From assembly GCA_951406725.2 (NCBI GenBank), contig OX597828.1, forward strand, positions 29,636,001 through 29,700,000: DNA of 64,000 bases, in the 5' to 3' direction. How positions within the stretch are numbered: position 1 is the first letter of the stretch; each line of letters opens with the position of its first letter. This stretch comes from Octopus vulgaris. Taxonomy: Eukaryota. A program made the translations under genes and the position numbers. Below the pieces are notes generated by a model that had not been told where the DNA came from, made no database searches, and saw only the letters and a list, made by a program, of their open reading frames with translations. This document shows, one piece after another, positions 14,150 to 28,817 of this stretch.

Positions 14150-14254
14150 TACTTAAATTTTCCTCGAATGAGGCTTTTACATGCCGAAGACTACTTGGTG
14201 TAATTGATAATTATTCCAAATTAATTAATTTCACCCTTCATTATTACGGATAGC

Positions 14255-14304
<50 letters not shown>

Positions 14305-14323
14305 TTATGTATATATGTATGTA

Positions 14324-14375
<52 letters not shown>

Positions 14376-14377
<2 letters not shown>

Positions 14378-14702
14378 GCCCGTATATCAACAAAGCACAT
14401 TTTTCCTCGATGGAAAAAAACAAGAAACGTTTTAAGAAAAACTTACTCGTCGCTAGAAGGGCACTTAACTCTTGTTTGCAAACAATGGTGATTTTTCCGA
14501 CTTGAAAATGGTTAAAAGTTTTGGTTGAAAATTTATTTTTACTGCTATTCGCTGGTACCTCTGGGAAAAATAAGTTGATGAAAATACAGCTAGGATCATG
14601 ACGAATGTCCTCCTAAAATCTGAGCGACGTGCACGCTAATTTGTGGACGTGCATAAATTACATTCACGTACACACACACATCCTGCCTTTTATCTACACA
14701 GA
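14376..14702 (-). mobile_element. Non-autonomous Helitron-like fragment (5' part)
   Basis: Reverse complement starts TCTGTGTAGATAAAAGGCAGGATGTGTGTG, parallel to the 5' end of the element at 61486-61871. The CTAG end is not seen. Confidence 0.45.
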
Positions 14703-14727
14703 TTTGATATATGTACAAACGTTGGTA

Positions 14728-15090
14728 ATTTATGTGCGTAATTTACTCAGTGAAACGTTCCCAGGAGGTGGATTGGGTGACGTAGGGGTATTGAATGGCC
14801 ACCCCGTTCCTCAGACCTAACACCCACGGATTTTCTTTCTGGGATGTTGTGAAAGAGAAGGTAGTCCAGAGAAAACCGCGCACTCTGCCTCAACTACGTG
14901 GGTTCATTACAGAGGCCTAATGAACTGACCAGGGCCTGTGCCATCGTATGTGTCACAGTGTGGCAGATAGACTGGAAGGATGTATCAAAGTTTTGAGCAT
15001 TTACGGGACTAACATTGTGTAATGTTTTTTAAATGAAAAGATGAAATATACAACTGTACAGCTGTAGGCCTACTTTTGCACCACCCTGTA
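14728..15090 (+). mobile_element. Tc1/mariner transposase C-terminal remnant with right TIR
   Basis: Frameshifted VRNLLSETFPG..WIG..GIEWPPRSSDLTPTDF..WDVVKEKV..RKPRTLPQLR..FEHL (WPPRSPDL motif). Ends in TTTTGCACCACCCTG plus TA. Confidence 0.8.
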
Positions 15091-16189
15091 CATCATTTCA
15101 GAAGAGTATCAGCTTTTTAACCGTTTTGCAATATTCAGCTGATATTTAGTAAATTTCTCTCTTTTCCTTACATAGAAACACCTCTTGTTGGTACTTTTGG
15201 CAATGTCCGATCTATGCAAACGATATAATTATTCTATAGTTTTGAATCTGAATCACGTGTTGCGTTTGAACAAATTCGTACACTGAACGGGATTGGCCTT
15301 TGTAAGAGCAGAAAGCCTTGAACCGGTCAATTATTCGAAAGATTTTCAAGTTTAGATTATTTGTTGACTAACTGAAGGCTCCTGACACTTAGAGTGCTGC
15401 TAGATATTTTCACTTCTAATAATATATTTTCGTTCCAATGTTGTAGAGTCACACCGAAATTTAAATAGCTTAATAAAATGGGGAGAAAACTAAATGAGAT
15501 CATAGGATAAGTAGAGACCGCAAGTTTAACGGAATCAATCCAATTCGAGGTTTATTATTTGCTCATCATACTTACATTTCTTTGGAGGATCAATATCTTA
15601 TTTTATTTCTTCCTCCATTAAGCTCTTTTATTATTTTGCTGCTCTGGAATGCTCCAAAAGACGGCTTCAGTTGACAATATTGGGTTTTCGATTGTCTAAT
15701 TTAATACTTCAATATCATCTTGCAACTTATTTGCCGATCTTTTTCTTTTTAACATTTTCTTCTTTTCTTCTTTATATATATTTTGTTTTCATTTCGGCCA
15801 TCTTTGTTCACCGTTGTGCAAAACATTAGTGGAAACTGTGACTTTGAATCTAAGATACATGACGGTGAAATAAAGAATGGACACATACGTATGTATGTAT
15901 GTATGTATGTATGTATGTATGTATGTATGTATGTATGCATGCATGCATGCTTGTATGCATGTATGTATGTATTATGCATGTATGTATGTATTATGCATGT
16001 ATGAATGTATAGAAATACACATATTGAATATATGCGTATATACATTCACACACTCACACACACACATACACACACACATATATACATTCATACATACTTA
16101 CATACATACACATATTATATATATATATGTGTGTGTGTGGATGTGTATATATGTGTTTGTATGTGTGTGTATACACACACTTTTTAAAC

Positions 16190-16325
16190 CCTGGTACTTA
16201 TGTATAACTCTCTTTTGTCGTGCCGCTAAGATACGGGGACGTAAACACACCAACACCGGTTGTCAAATAGTGGTGGGGGACAAACACAGACACAAAAACA
16301 TACTCACGTAGATATATGTATGTAC

Positions 16326-16378
<53 letters not shown>

Positions 16379-16482
16379 CACTCATACAAAGCAACTTTCA
16401 GTTTCAATCTACCAAATTCACTCACAAAGCTTTGGTCGGCCCGAGGCTGCTGTAGAAGGCATTTGCTCAAGGTGCTACGCAC
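16190..16482 (-). mobile_element. CORE-like SINE with internal (CA)n
   Basis: Reverse complement of the 48262-48638 family (TTTCAGTTTC..TCTACCAAATTCACTCACAAAGCTTTGGTCGGCCCG). Confidence 0.85.
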
Positions 16483-16830
16483 TGCATCCATTGGTTGCTT
16501 CCTCCTAGGAGCTGTGCGTACACCATCTACACGCTTCCATACCATTGTATCATGTGATCTGACACTGTGGCTTTGGTGGCTATTCTTCCTTGTTTTCGGG
16601 CAAGTGGAACGAGTATTGCTCACATTGGATTTGGGACGAGCAAATCTGCAGTTTGTCCCAATGTTACCATGCCAGCAGGTACCCTTTTCATAGAACTTGC
16701 AGGCTGGTTTGGTCTCCTTTTTTTACCAGAGCCATTGCCTTTGCAGGTTCTATTTCATTTTCCTTGTTAACCCATGGCCTTGGGCCCACATCCATTTTCA
16801 GCTCGTCCGCCCGCTGGTGCCTTTATCTTC

Positions 16831-16881
<51 letters not shown>

Positions 16882-16971
16882 TGTGTGTGTATGTGTGTGC
16901 GTATGTGTGTGCATGTATGTGTATGTCTGTATATATATATATATATATATATATGTACGTGCTTGTATATG

Positions 16972-17070
<99 letters not shown>

Positions 17071-17647
17071 GGGTGTGTGTGTGCATATGTATTAGTGCAA
17101 TAAATCACACACACACATACACACTCTCGGACGTTTTCGCTATAACCTGCTGTTCACATTTCCACTTAAATCAGCAGGATACATCACCTAACATCACATG
17201 CATAATCTCTCTCATTCTCACCGTATCTCTCCCACACAAGAACACTCGTATTTTTTCACACACGCAATTCAATTAACATGATAAATCACACCCTTAAACG
17301 CGAACACACATGTATGATAAATCAATGGATACGCACACTAACAGGCATCACTATCACAACATACGTGAACTCTGTCTGTTTCTCTTTCTCTCTGACACAC
17401 GAATGCATGTAAACACGATAAAACATTTATGCATCAACTGAAACCCTCGTACAGACACTCTCAAAATGTTTGGCACATAACTTCAAACCGATCTCTTTAA
17501 TCCACAGCCATTTCATAGTACACACATATATGAACTAATCACTTCTTCACATTCATATGCATAGAAATGCATCTGAAGGCACAATACATAACCTCACACT
17601 TACATGTGAGCAGGTAGGTGTTATAGCTCTCTCTCTCTTTCTCTCTT

Positions 17648-17717
<70 letters not shown>

Positions 17718-17949
17718 ATACAGACACCTATACGCGAAAACAGAAACATGCCCCGAAAGAAATGTGTTCTGCAGTAATCGTCATCCACGGGGAGACACTA
17801 AAGTTTGCACAGACGCACATACACTCGCATCATTTCCTACAATTCTGACGCCCTAACACACTTCAAATGCTTAATGTATATTACACAGTCACACACACGT
17901 ATTCCCAATTCAGGTTTTATACACACCAAACTTCAAACATAATGGCTTC

Positions 17950-18915
17950 TAATTTATGCACAAAGCCCAGCAGTTTTGAAGGTAGGTTAGTCGATACCTT
18001 CGACCCAAGTTTTCGATTACTACTTTATTTTGTCGAGTTCGAAAAAATGAAAGTCAAAACTGACCAGCGAAATTTGAATTTAATGAGTCGGAAGAAATAC
18101 CGCAAAGCATTTTGTCCGGCGTGCTAACAAACTCTGGCAGCATATCCCTTTTGATTTAAAAATTTTGTACAAGGCCAGATGTTTCAAAGTGAAGGAGTTA
18201 GTCTGTATTACCCCTCCCCCCAGTACTTTACTGGTACTTTATTTTATCGCATCCGAAAACAGGACAGGCAAAGTTGACCATAGCGAAATTTCAACTCAGA
18301 TTGAAAAACCGCAATCCCTCAAAGAATATGTTCTGACACACTAACGATTCATCCCCCGTGATGATGTTGATAGACTAATATGGAAAGGGTTGGCATTATA
18401 CTAAAGGAATAAAAAGAGGCAACAAAATATTACATAGTTCGGTGGTTGATTAGTAGTAGATCGCTATTTGGTTACGTTCCTTTACACATGGGATGGATAT
18501 ATTGTTTATATCATGCCTTCTTTTACGCGACAAAATGATAGCGGCAACATCCTCAACTAAGTCGCTTCATACCCAGCATGGTGGCAACCTAATGACTTTG
18601 TTTGTTTTCGAACCCTAGGACTCATAAAGGCGGTTACCCGCTTTCCATTTCCGTGGCCTATAAATGACGGAGATTAGATCAATTCTCTTCAATGGAACAC
18701 CAACCCGTGGCAAGGTTAATGGCCAGAAGCTTTGAGGGGAGAGTTCAAGTCGATTACATCGACGCCTGTACTTGACAGGTACTTTATTTTATCACATGCG
18801 AAGGGATAAAAGGCAAAGCACCTCAGCGTAATTTGAACTCAGAACGTTAAGAGTCAGAAGAAATGCCGCTAAGCATGTTGTCCGACGTGCTAACGAATCC
18901 GCCAGCTCATCGCCT
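17950..18915 (-). mobile_element. Three degraded Meta-like SINE copies (about 17950-18145, 18160-18350, 18720-18915)
   Basis: Each has a reverse-complement core and an AATTT(G/C)AA..(CTCAGA) B-box remnant. Confidence 0.75.
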
Positions 18916-19074
18916 TCACTGTAATGATTAAAACATTAAAATAAAATAACAAAACTATAAACAACGGCAAGCAGTGTCTTTCGGAAGTCTGGATTATTTT
19001 AAGACATTGGTTATTAATGAGCTGAAGGTCATAGTTCCGATGGTGCAATCTTCTCTACCTTATAATATTGATAT

Positions 19075-19720
19075 GAAATAGTGTACTATTAAACACAAGA
19101 GAAAACCGCCTTCAACAGGCAGTTTTACACGGTAGAAGAAGCAGTCAAAACGACCAAAACCACATTTAAGAGCAATCTTCAAAAAGAAATGAAAAATAAA
19201 AACTTTTACCTTGTTACCTTGTTACCTTGTTATTCCGGTTAGACCGAGGTTTCTAAATTTTTTTAGCAAATAAAATAATTTGCTAGGCGAATTTTTCATC
19301 AGTGACCGCCTCATAACACTAACATATAATTAAGAGACGATTAACACGTGTCCCTTCGTTATACATTATAATTTTTCATATTCACCGCGCAAGCGCAGTT
19401 TCATTCGGCAGTAAATGAATAACTACCGAATTAATCTTTTAAAAATTGCTAAAAACGTATATGTAAAATATGTATATATATATATATATATATATAGGGT
19501 AGTGAGTTGTTTTTAGAAATTTTACTACCAGTGGCCTAACATGTATAAAAAGTCAATAGACAACATATTCTCAATGTAAAATAGTGTACATTGAAACACT
19601 AAATAAAACTGCCTTCAACAGGGAGTTTTTACACGCTAGAAGAAGCAGTCAAAACGACCAAAACCACATTTAAGGGCAATCTTCAAAAGGAATAAATAAG
19701 AAAAACTTTTACCTTGTTAT
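19075..19720 (-). mobile_element. Partial tandem PLE-type terminal repeat
   Basis: Direct repeat of about 140 bp (19078-19216 and 19580-19719, GCCTTCAACAGG..GAAGAAGCAGTCAAAACGACCAAAACCACATTTAAG) with a hammerhead between the copies. Confidence 0.7.
19237..19307 (-). ncRNA. Type I hammerhead ribozyme fold
   Basis: Reverse complement: GGTCA CTGATGA aAAATT cgcc TAGCAAAT tatttt ATTTGCTA aaaa AATTTa GAA AC ctcg GT C TAACC. Canonical core, long stem II, GUC site; one mismatch in stem I. Confidence 0.7.
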
Positions 19721-20913
19721 TTATTTATAACATTGATATATAGACAAATCCCAACTAATATAAAGAAAATACAGTTGCTGTTATTTACCACCAAATTAGT
19801 TCCACCAGAGCAGCGCTATATCCAAAATTATTCACGTCTTTTTAGGAGTTTCCATGTAGGAGCACACTATGTGATATGTCTTTCTGCACCTTAGAATTTG
19901 GGATTTGGTTTTAAGGAAATCTTTAGTGACACCTTTTGGCAATCGAACGACCACGGTGTGCTCGTTGGTCTACAGTCCCATTAAGTTCTTCAGTAATTTT
20001 TTCAATGCTTTTAAGAAAATGAATGTAAATTTATGACAAAAGCTTTTCCTCTGATGCATCTATTGTAAGCAAGGCAAATTATGTGTTTGACACCTTCTAG
20101 TCTTCCGTTTTGCCATCGTTAGCCAGCAGTAAACTGGAAGAAGAGAGCCGTGTGCATAATTCTTACTTTGCTTAGTACATTGTTTCGCCAAAAACAAATT
20201 GTAGGTCCTACATCTCTTGTGTTAACACTCGGTGGCAGGACACCTGGCGTTCGTAGGTTGGGATTATCATTGTCTTAGTTATGGCTTGCTGATTGACATA
20301 TGGATAGTAGACAGTTGCCAAGCGCCGTAGGATGATAACCAACAGGGTCTTAGCTAAGAGCTAAAAAGTCATAGCCACGTAGTTTTTTTTTCGTTTGGTC
20401 GTGGTGGATGGCGCAAACCTTGACGAAAAGCGTAGAAAAGTGGATTGTAGTCATTTAGTCAACTGAGCGTTGTATACAACACTACTGTAGCAGAAACGGG
20501 CAGCAACGTACTGGCTTTAAATATCATTTGGCTATTACAAGAGGAGCGGATATTACTCAGGCACCAGCTCAATTCATGCTCACTGTCACGAAATTCCCCA
20601 ACAATAGCGAGAGATGGTTCTCCGTTCGATACGGCGTACTTTTCTATCCACTGACTTGTACATGATGTTAGAAAATCTCCTTTCTTAGCAAAAACAGAAA
20701 TGTGTGGTAATGAGGGGCTGTTAATTCAGAATGAGATGAAGTCGCTCTAAAGTCAACATAACCCGTATATTCATACCTTTGTCTTTTTTTATATTTTAAT
20801 ACGGAAAGAAAAGTGAATGATGTAAATTGAAATGGAAATCTGCCATTCAATCTCAAACTGTATAGTTCAAAACTATCAAGGAATATATTGAATATACATA
20901 TGTATATATATAT

Positions 20914-21017
<104 letters not shown>

Positions 21018-21316
21018 ACGCGCATGCGCCCACGCACAGAGTCTTATAACGTTAGAAGGAAAACAAAAATGAGCCTGAAGTGTACATAATTCTGAAATAA
21101 AATTACATTTTAGAACATAAAAGAGACAATGAAAATGCATTTGTTTCTCCATTTTTCTTATTCCTCCCCCCCCCTTTTCCATTCTTTACTTTATTATTTT
21201 ATCATTGTTTTTTTTTATTTGGAAAATGAATTTCAGCAAGTGTTGCCATCCATCTAAGTTATGTATATGCATGTGTGCATGTTGTTTTTTCTCTCACTCT
21301 CTCACTCAATCGCTCT

Positions 21317-21376
<60 letters not shown>

Positions 21377-21487
21377 CGTATATATATATACATATATATA
21401 CACATATATATATATATAAATATATTTATATATATAAATACATGTGTATATATATATATGTAAATAGTGCTAGATACATATATATAT

Positions 21488-21533
<46 letters not shown>

Positions 21534-22243
21534 TCACACACATACCTCATTACATCTATATGAGAACTTTGTTTCCTGTTTAATGTGTTTATTTCTTGAT
21601 ATAAACTGTCAGTATGTATGTCTTCGCATGCACTTCATTGTGAATATGAATCTTCCTTGTATGTACCAGTGGGAGAGAGCGAGAGCGACGGTTTGAATGT
21701 GTGTGTGTGTGAGAGAGAAAGAGGGAGAGAGAGAGAGAGAGAGAGAGAATGGGTAAGAGTAAAAAAAAGAGAGAGAGGGGTTGTATCATTCTGTACATAT
21801 GTCTTCGAAAAAAACAACAACAACAACAACAACAACATATACACTGTAAATATCTGCGTAAGAAAAACGAAGAAAAAAGTCAAGAAAGAAAGAAAGTGAA
21901 TAAATATCGTAAAAATAAAAAAAATAAAAATTGTAATAATAAATGAAAAGAAGAAAGGAAAACAAGAGAGCAGAATAGTGATTAGCTTTAATTTCCAAAA
22001 ACTTTGGTACTACTTCAGGTGTTAGCAGGAAATTGGCTCTTTCAATAGATTTTTCTCACAACCATAGAAACACGTCAACTGAAAGAACGATAAAGCAATA
22101 TTCATTTTCGTGTTGTTTTCACCGTTCCTTTATATATCGGTAAGAAATGACTTTAGTTTTCGATGTTGAGAGTCACGCAAGACAGACTATACTGACATGG
22201 TTATTTACACAGGAATCTTCTTAACATTCATGATATATATATA

Positions 22244-22278
<35 letters not shown>

Positions 22279-22569
22279 CAATGTCTCTCTTTAAATACAT
22301 ACACACACACACACATATATGTGTATACAGAATACAAAGATTGAGAAATCCCTCTTTACACAAATATATATACGTATGTATGTACATGTATATCAATTTT
22401 TCTTCATATGTATTTATGTATGTATATATGTAATGTAAGTATATATATGTGTGTGTGCATGTGTATATATATGTATATATATATATACATATATACGCAT
22501 ATAGACATATATATTATTCGTCTTCTTACACTGCTATATCTGCTTCTTTTTCATCTTTCCCACTTTCTT

Positions 22570-22625
<56 letters not shown>

Positions 22626-22645
22626 TATACATATATGTATATATA

Positions 22646-22695
<50 letters not shown>

Positions 22696-22918
22696 GGTAC
22701 ATGCGTAAGTACCTACCTACCAACCAACCCATATATATATCTTAGACATATCAATACACACACACACGTGCGTGTGTGCGTGTGTGCGTGTGTGTGTGTG
22801 CATGCGTATAGGCATAGAGGAGCGTTTTATTTGGTATAGGTCTATGTGTACCTATATGCATATATATATATATATAAACCCCACAAAGTAAAGGATGAAA
22901 TAGAACTCAACCTTTTCT

Positions 22919-22967
<49 letters not shown>

Positions 22968-23094
22968 TAGACACATCTACACCCACATACACATACACAC
23001 ACACACATATATATATGCATGCATACAAATAGGAGTCCTCACGTGCGTGCATATAAATCGAAGTATACACACGCCAGTTGTACAGAGAGACACT

Positions 23095-23163
<69 letters not shown>

Positions 23164-23459
23164 ATATATATATTTCTCTCCCTTGATTACACATACATGC
23201 AATCTGCCGTTTGTCCACAAAACTATTATTCATATTATTAACCAAATCTCATCGGTTTTCTGTCTCACGGTAGCTAGGCCAAGAGAAAGATGATAAATAT
23301 TTTCCATTACTTTTTCTTAATAGCAAAACCACCGAGATGGATTGAAGATATATATTTAAAACCCTATCATCAGTGAAAGCCAGTCATTTCAACGATGACA
23401 GCAGTACAGCTTAATCAGATTCAAATTTCCTGCTTTTCCATGTAAATGTAGTGGCCATC

Positions 23460-23875
23460 ACTATTATTATTATTATTATTATTAGTAGTAGTAGTAGTAG
23501 TAGTATTACTATTATTATTGTTGCTTTTCCTCTTCTTCTTGTGGTTCTCCTTGTTTTTGTCGTTATTTCTACTATATCCGTCGTCATCAATGCTACTACC
23601 ACCACCACCACCACCACCACCACCTCCACCTCCACCACCATCACCACCACCACCACCACAACCATCACCACCACCGCCACCACTACCATCACCACCACCA
23701 CATTCACCTCCACCACCACCACTACCACTACTGCCACCACCACCACCTCCACCACAACAACCACCTCCACCACCACCGCCACCACCACCATCACCTCCAC
23801 CACAACTACCGCCGCCACCACCACCACCACCACCACCACTACAATCACCACTGGCACCACCATCATTAATACTAC

Positions 23876-23906
<31 letters not shown>

Positions 23907-23940
23907 GTCATCATCATCATCATCACTACCATTATTATTG
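23460..23940. repeat. Compound trinucleotide microsatellite (TTA/TAG/CCA/CAT)
   Basis: Direct reading; gives spurious poly-T, poly-P and poly-V ORFs. Confidence 0.95.
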
Positions 23941-24215
23941 GATGCAAGTTACCAGCGACAGACTTGTAGTTTACGATCTCGTAAATTTCAGAAAAATACC
24001 GGATTACCTTTGAAAAGGAGCGTTTTATTTGGTGTCATGTTTCTGTGCACTCGTTGCATGAAGAGGTAAGAAGAATTTGGTATTTTGTTTTTGTTAAAGA
24101 GGGAAATACCTTATAATTTAAGAACATTTCAGAACTTTACCTTTAGACAATTTTCAAAAGTATTTATAAGCATAGCTTCTAGATTAGAGGATCACCGGGG
24201 GTGGGTAGCTGTAGC

Positions 24216-24275
<60 letters not shown>

Positions 24276-24277
<2 letters not shown>

Positions 24278-24614
24278 GGAGATGTACTTGCATACCAAGT
24301 GACTTGATCTGAGATCGTGTGCTGAAACAAAAACAATTGCAGTATGGAAGGTATTTATGAGTCATTTAGATTCATGTTAGATTCACTTCAACATTTAAAT
24401 TTAATTTGTTTGAAAATATTTTCGTCGCTTTCAAACCGTGACTTATTCACTGATAAAATGCAACACGAAATTTTGTTAGTGAAGAGATCGCGGTATGAAA
24501 GCGACGAAAATATTTTCACACAAATTACATTTAAATGTTGAAGTGAATCTCACGGATTTTGTGTGTTTTTTAATAGATTAATGGCTTATAAATAGATTCC
24601 AGACAGCAATCGTT
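24276..24614. mobile_element. Fold-back element: two inverted copies of a hammerhead-bearing repeat
   Basis: Arms 24333-24459 and 24471-24614 are diverged reverse complements. The terminus ACGGAGATGTACTTGCAT is shared with the repeat ending at 61153. Confidence 0.8.
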
Positions 24615-24659
24615 ATATATATACACATTAATGTATGCGTTTCACTCCACATGTATTAC

Positions 24660-24708
24660 ACGCGGTACTACTAGTTTCACGTCATGAGAAGTACGTTCCT
24701 CAGGCGCT
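24660..24708 (-). ncRNA. Minimal type I hammerhead fold
   Basis: Reverse complement: aGCGc CTGAGGA ACGT acttctcatg ACGT GAA ACT agt AGT A cCGCg. Canonical core and GUA site; stem I is weak. Confidence 0.6.
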
Positions 24709-25019
24709 GATTATTCTATGAAACCAAGAAGTTTAAGTAGAACACCGGGCGAGAGGCAATTCTTAAGCAAACCTTATTTAATGGAAGATTCCACCACAGG
24801 TGAGCGACCAAACTGAACTGATGCAGAGCGTTCAGATCAATTTAAATCGAAAATAAGCATAAAAAGTAGAGTAAAGTGATAAAGCCATAGATAATAAAAA
24901 TTATAAATTATATATACATATATTTACATATTTTCTCTCTCTCTCTCTATATATATATTTACATAGTCTCACCACAAACTATAGGATTCCAAATAAAAAG
25001 AAAAAGAGAATGGCTGCAA

Positions 25020-25370
25020 CCATAGCTGTGTGGTTAAGAATCTCGTTTTGCATTCACTTAGTTATGGGTTCAGTCTCACTATGCGGCATCTTGCAAGTCG
25101 ACTAATACCTTGTGAATTTGGTTGGAGGAAACTGTGTGGGAGATCAACACATAAGTATGTATAAATGTATGAGTGCGTGTGTTTCGTGTTTGTCCCTCAA
25201 ATCCCAGCCCTTAACAATCGGTGATATGTCCTTGTAAATTAGCTTTTCGGCAAGGTATATCAATCAAATAAGTATTGGACTTTAGAATAAGTAGAAGAGT
25301 CGATTTGGTCGACTAAACCCTTTAAGGTACTGCTTCATCATTGACGATTTCAATGAATGAAACAAAGACA
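25020..25370 (+). mobile_element. Degraded CORE-like SINE
   Basis: TAGCTGTGTGGTTAAG head, GGGTTCAGTCTCAC B box and family 3' segment GTCGACTAAACCCTTTAAGG. Confidence 0.7.
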
Positions 25371-25527
25371 CTTTTATAAAATCACGGGCAAAGTTATCAA
25401 GCTCCTTACCTGGAGGTGTGATCACAAAAGCTCACTTGACATAGGTCGGTTCCAGGAAAAAATAGTTAAAAGCCAAAACAAAATAATTACATATCAGTAT
25501 TTATTTGCACAATAATTATTCGAGGGA

Positions 25528-25738
25528 GGGCGACGAGCTGGCAGAGCGGTTAGCACGCCGGGCGAAATGCTTAGCACTATTTCGTCTGTATGTTCTGAGT
25601 TCAAATTCCGCCGAGGTCGACTTTGCCTTTCATCATTTCATGGTCGATAAATTAAGTACCACTTGCGTACTGTGGTCGATGTAATCGACTACCACCCCCT
25701 TTTCAGAAATTTTGGGCCCTGTGCCTCGAGTAGAATAG
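25528..25738 (+). mobile_element. Meta-like SINE with about 15-bp TSD
   Basis: Full head and core. Flanks AATAATTATTCGAGG (25511-25525) and AATACTTATTCGAGG (25739-25753). Confidence 0.9.
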
Positions 25739-27160
25739 AATACTTATTCGAGGAATAAGTATAAGATATGGAGAAAAGTATTTTATCTCTGCTTTTCATA
25801 AACAATGGAGAAGATTGTGAATGCCATCAGAGAAACAGTTAGAAGTGCTGGCCGAGGTAGGGATCAATGTTATGTACGGTAGATGGACGCATGTTCGTGA
25901 TTTTTTAAAAACGAGCTGTGAAGCAAAATTGGTTCAAAAAACATTAATACAGAGAAGAAGACATACAAGGTCATGGCCAAGGGTATTGGCAGGGACTCTA
26001 TCGATGCATTTGTCTTTGCAATGCAATGCAGTATAGGGAAGTTGTGGATTGCGAGGGTAAGATGAAAATAATATGCGGCATCTTGAGTTTAATATGGATA
26101 TTTTAGTGCTGACGACCTCCGAAGATTATAAAATCATTTGAGCGCTGTACCCCGTGGTCGAGGAAGAAACGAAATAAAAAAAAACTGGTGACGCATGAGA
26201 GACATCCCTGTTATTATGTGTGCGGCAGAAAGATCCATTGGACAGATTTAATTCAGAGGTGGTGGACATGCACAGGAAGAAAACGGTAGGTAAAAGCAAA
26301 GGCAGGAACCGTAGCAAGTAGAAGCAACAAAAGCAAACTCCAGAAACTGTTCTGTTTAGATCACTGATGGGTGAAGCGTTGAGGATAATCTTAAAAGTTA
26401 CCTCGTTCTCAAAGCAAGTGTTGAATCCTAAGAGACCCCACCGCAAATGGCACCGCCCTAAAAATTTGTAACGAAGCAGAGTAAACAAGGAATTAGAGAA
26501 TGTCCAAAAGAACTGGGAAGGTTAGAGAAAAAAGAAGGGAAACGAAAATAATGAAAACCGAGAGCAACAACGGGAAAAGAATGACAAAGTTCGATTTCCA
26601 GGGCATCAGAAGCCAAAACTATAGGGAAAGAAAAGGAAATAAATTTAGGCAGAGTTTCCTAAAGAATATATAAGGAAATAATGAGTTCTTTAAACAGTTT
26701 CTACTTATTGTTTCTACTCATGACTCATAGTGCATTCATTAGTATTACGTAATATATTAGAAAGGTGATTGATAAAAGACAAAACCCAGATAGTAAGAGA
26801 CACCCATTGCCAATAAATTCACCGCACAGGATATATGAGATGAAGAAACACGAAATTCAATACATCGATGACCGCATCCATGTTGGTTGCTGGTCACTTT
26901 TGTAATACAATTCGGGAAGGAGGTAAATGCTGACTTAGATATCGGTGACATACTCTCGAGTAGAGACACAATAGATATAAAAAGCAGCAAGAATCCGCAC
27001 AACTTCAAAATAGTCCCAAGGTTGTGTCATATCTGGATTGCCAAGAGGCAAGTGTTTGTCTTACATCTTTTACATTTAATTTTTTTGTTTCAGTCATTAG
27101 ACAACGACCATGTTGGGGCACAACCTTGTAACATTTATTCTTTTATTCTTTTATTTATTG

Positions 27161-27362
27161 CAAGGCGGCGAGCTGGCAGAAACGTTAGCACGCCGGGCGA
27201 AATGCTTACCGCTATTTCTGAGTTCAAATTCCACCGAGGTCGACTTTGCCTTAAATCATTTCGGTGTCGGTAAATTAAGTACCAGCTGAATACAGCGTTT
27301 GATGTAATCGACTGGCCCCCCTCTCCCAAAATTTTGGGCCTTGTGCCTATAATAGGAAGGAT
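27161..27362 (+). mobile_element. Meta-like SINE
   Basis: AAGGCGGCGAGCTGGCAGAAACGTTAGCACGCCGGGCG head plus core. Confidence 0.9.
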
Positions 27363-27364
27363 TA

Positions 27365-27720
27365 TTTGTTTTAGTCATTTGATTGCGGCCATGCGGGAGC
27401 ACCGCTTTTAGGAGCACAATCGAACAAATCAAGTCAAGCATATATTATTTAATGTGACACTTATTCTATTAGTCTCTTTCTCTCACTCTCTCTCTTTCTC
27501 TCTCTCGCGCACACACACATACACAAACACACACACACTCACACGCACATGCTCACACACTCTCTCTTACTCACTTTATCTCGCAAACAGACACACACAC
27601 ACATGTCGGGCTTTCACACAGTTTCCGTGTACCGAATTCACTCATATGTCATCGGCCGGCTAGGAACAATATGAAGACTTTACCCCGAGGTGCCAAGCAG
27701 TGGGATTCAACCAGTAAAAA
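27365..27720 (-). mobile_element. CORE-like SINE fragments
   Basis: GTCATTTGATTGCGGCCATGC 3' segment and CCGAATTCACTCA..AGTGGGATTCAACC 5' segment. Confidence 0.65.
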
Positions 27721-28817
27721 ATGCTTGAAATATGTCTGAAAGAAGTATGAGATAAACTACTAGAGGACCATTGTCTCCCAACTAATCCGATATCAGGAAT
27801 CTTAATTTCATTGTTGTTTGTTGTTAATTTTCTTGTTCGGGTTTTGTTGTTCGTATTCCCATCTTATAATTTCTATTTTTACATATAAATGGAAAACATT
27901 ATTATTGCTGAATTTTTTGCCGATGTTTTATTGGCGTTGGATATTCTGTTTTTCACGTCCTTATAAACTATATTAGTAATGATTGAAGATTCCATGTTTA
28001 TATTATGCTTAGAATCATTTATCTTATGTTCGACAACGCATAGTGTTTTAATATCTGCACGCCATATAACTTTTCCGGTTATATATGGGAAAGAAAAAAA
28101 AATGTCTACAGCGAAATTTGATTATATCATATCGTTGTATTTTGATGAAATAACACATTCTATGTATCTTAAAATATTTCCAAAATAAATATATTCGTTC
28201 GATTTTTTGTAAAAGTTATGATTGAATTTATCGAGCTGATGTTGTTGTTATTGTATAGCACCAAATCTAGTATAATCGAGTAGACATATGATCAAAGGCA
28301 AGCCAACCATGTCCATTCTGTCTTTATAAAGCTACTCAAGATAACATTATATAAAGTGTACTTCTCGTACTTAAGTCGGGAGAGTTCGATTATTTTAGGG
28401 AGATTTAGCTGCTGTTTGTAGTCTTCTGATTTATTGCTTCTCTGGCTCGGCATGGAGAAGAGAATAAAACAGCTGATCCAATTTCCTTTATACCAAAATA
28501 TATTTATGATAAGAAACGTACGGACACGACGTTCTTACGTACATGGAAAGCATATACGATGTGTTTAATTAACATATACATTGTCTGGCTGAGAAGCTGT
28601 AAGCAGTGAATAAAACTTGATGGACAATTCATCAATGTAAGCCATCAAGATCTTGTGTTTCATTCCTGTATAATATTTTTACAAAAAGATTAAGTATATG
28701 TTTATCAAAAATTTCTGTAACAATACTCTGTTACAATCAACATACATAACCCTTGATCTAAAAACGAAATCGATGACGTACAGTAACCTATTCTGCACAC
28801 AACAACTATATTATTCG

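Noticed and set aside
25800-26560. LINE ORF1/gag zinc-knuckle remnant (YVCGRKIH)
   Set aside because: Single partial motif amid many stops; insufficient without a database search.
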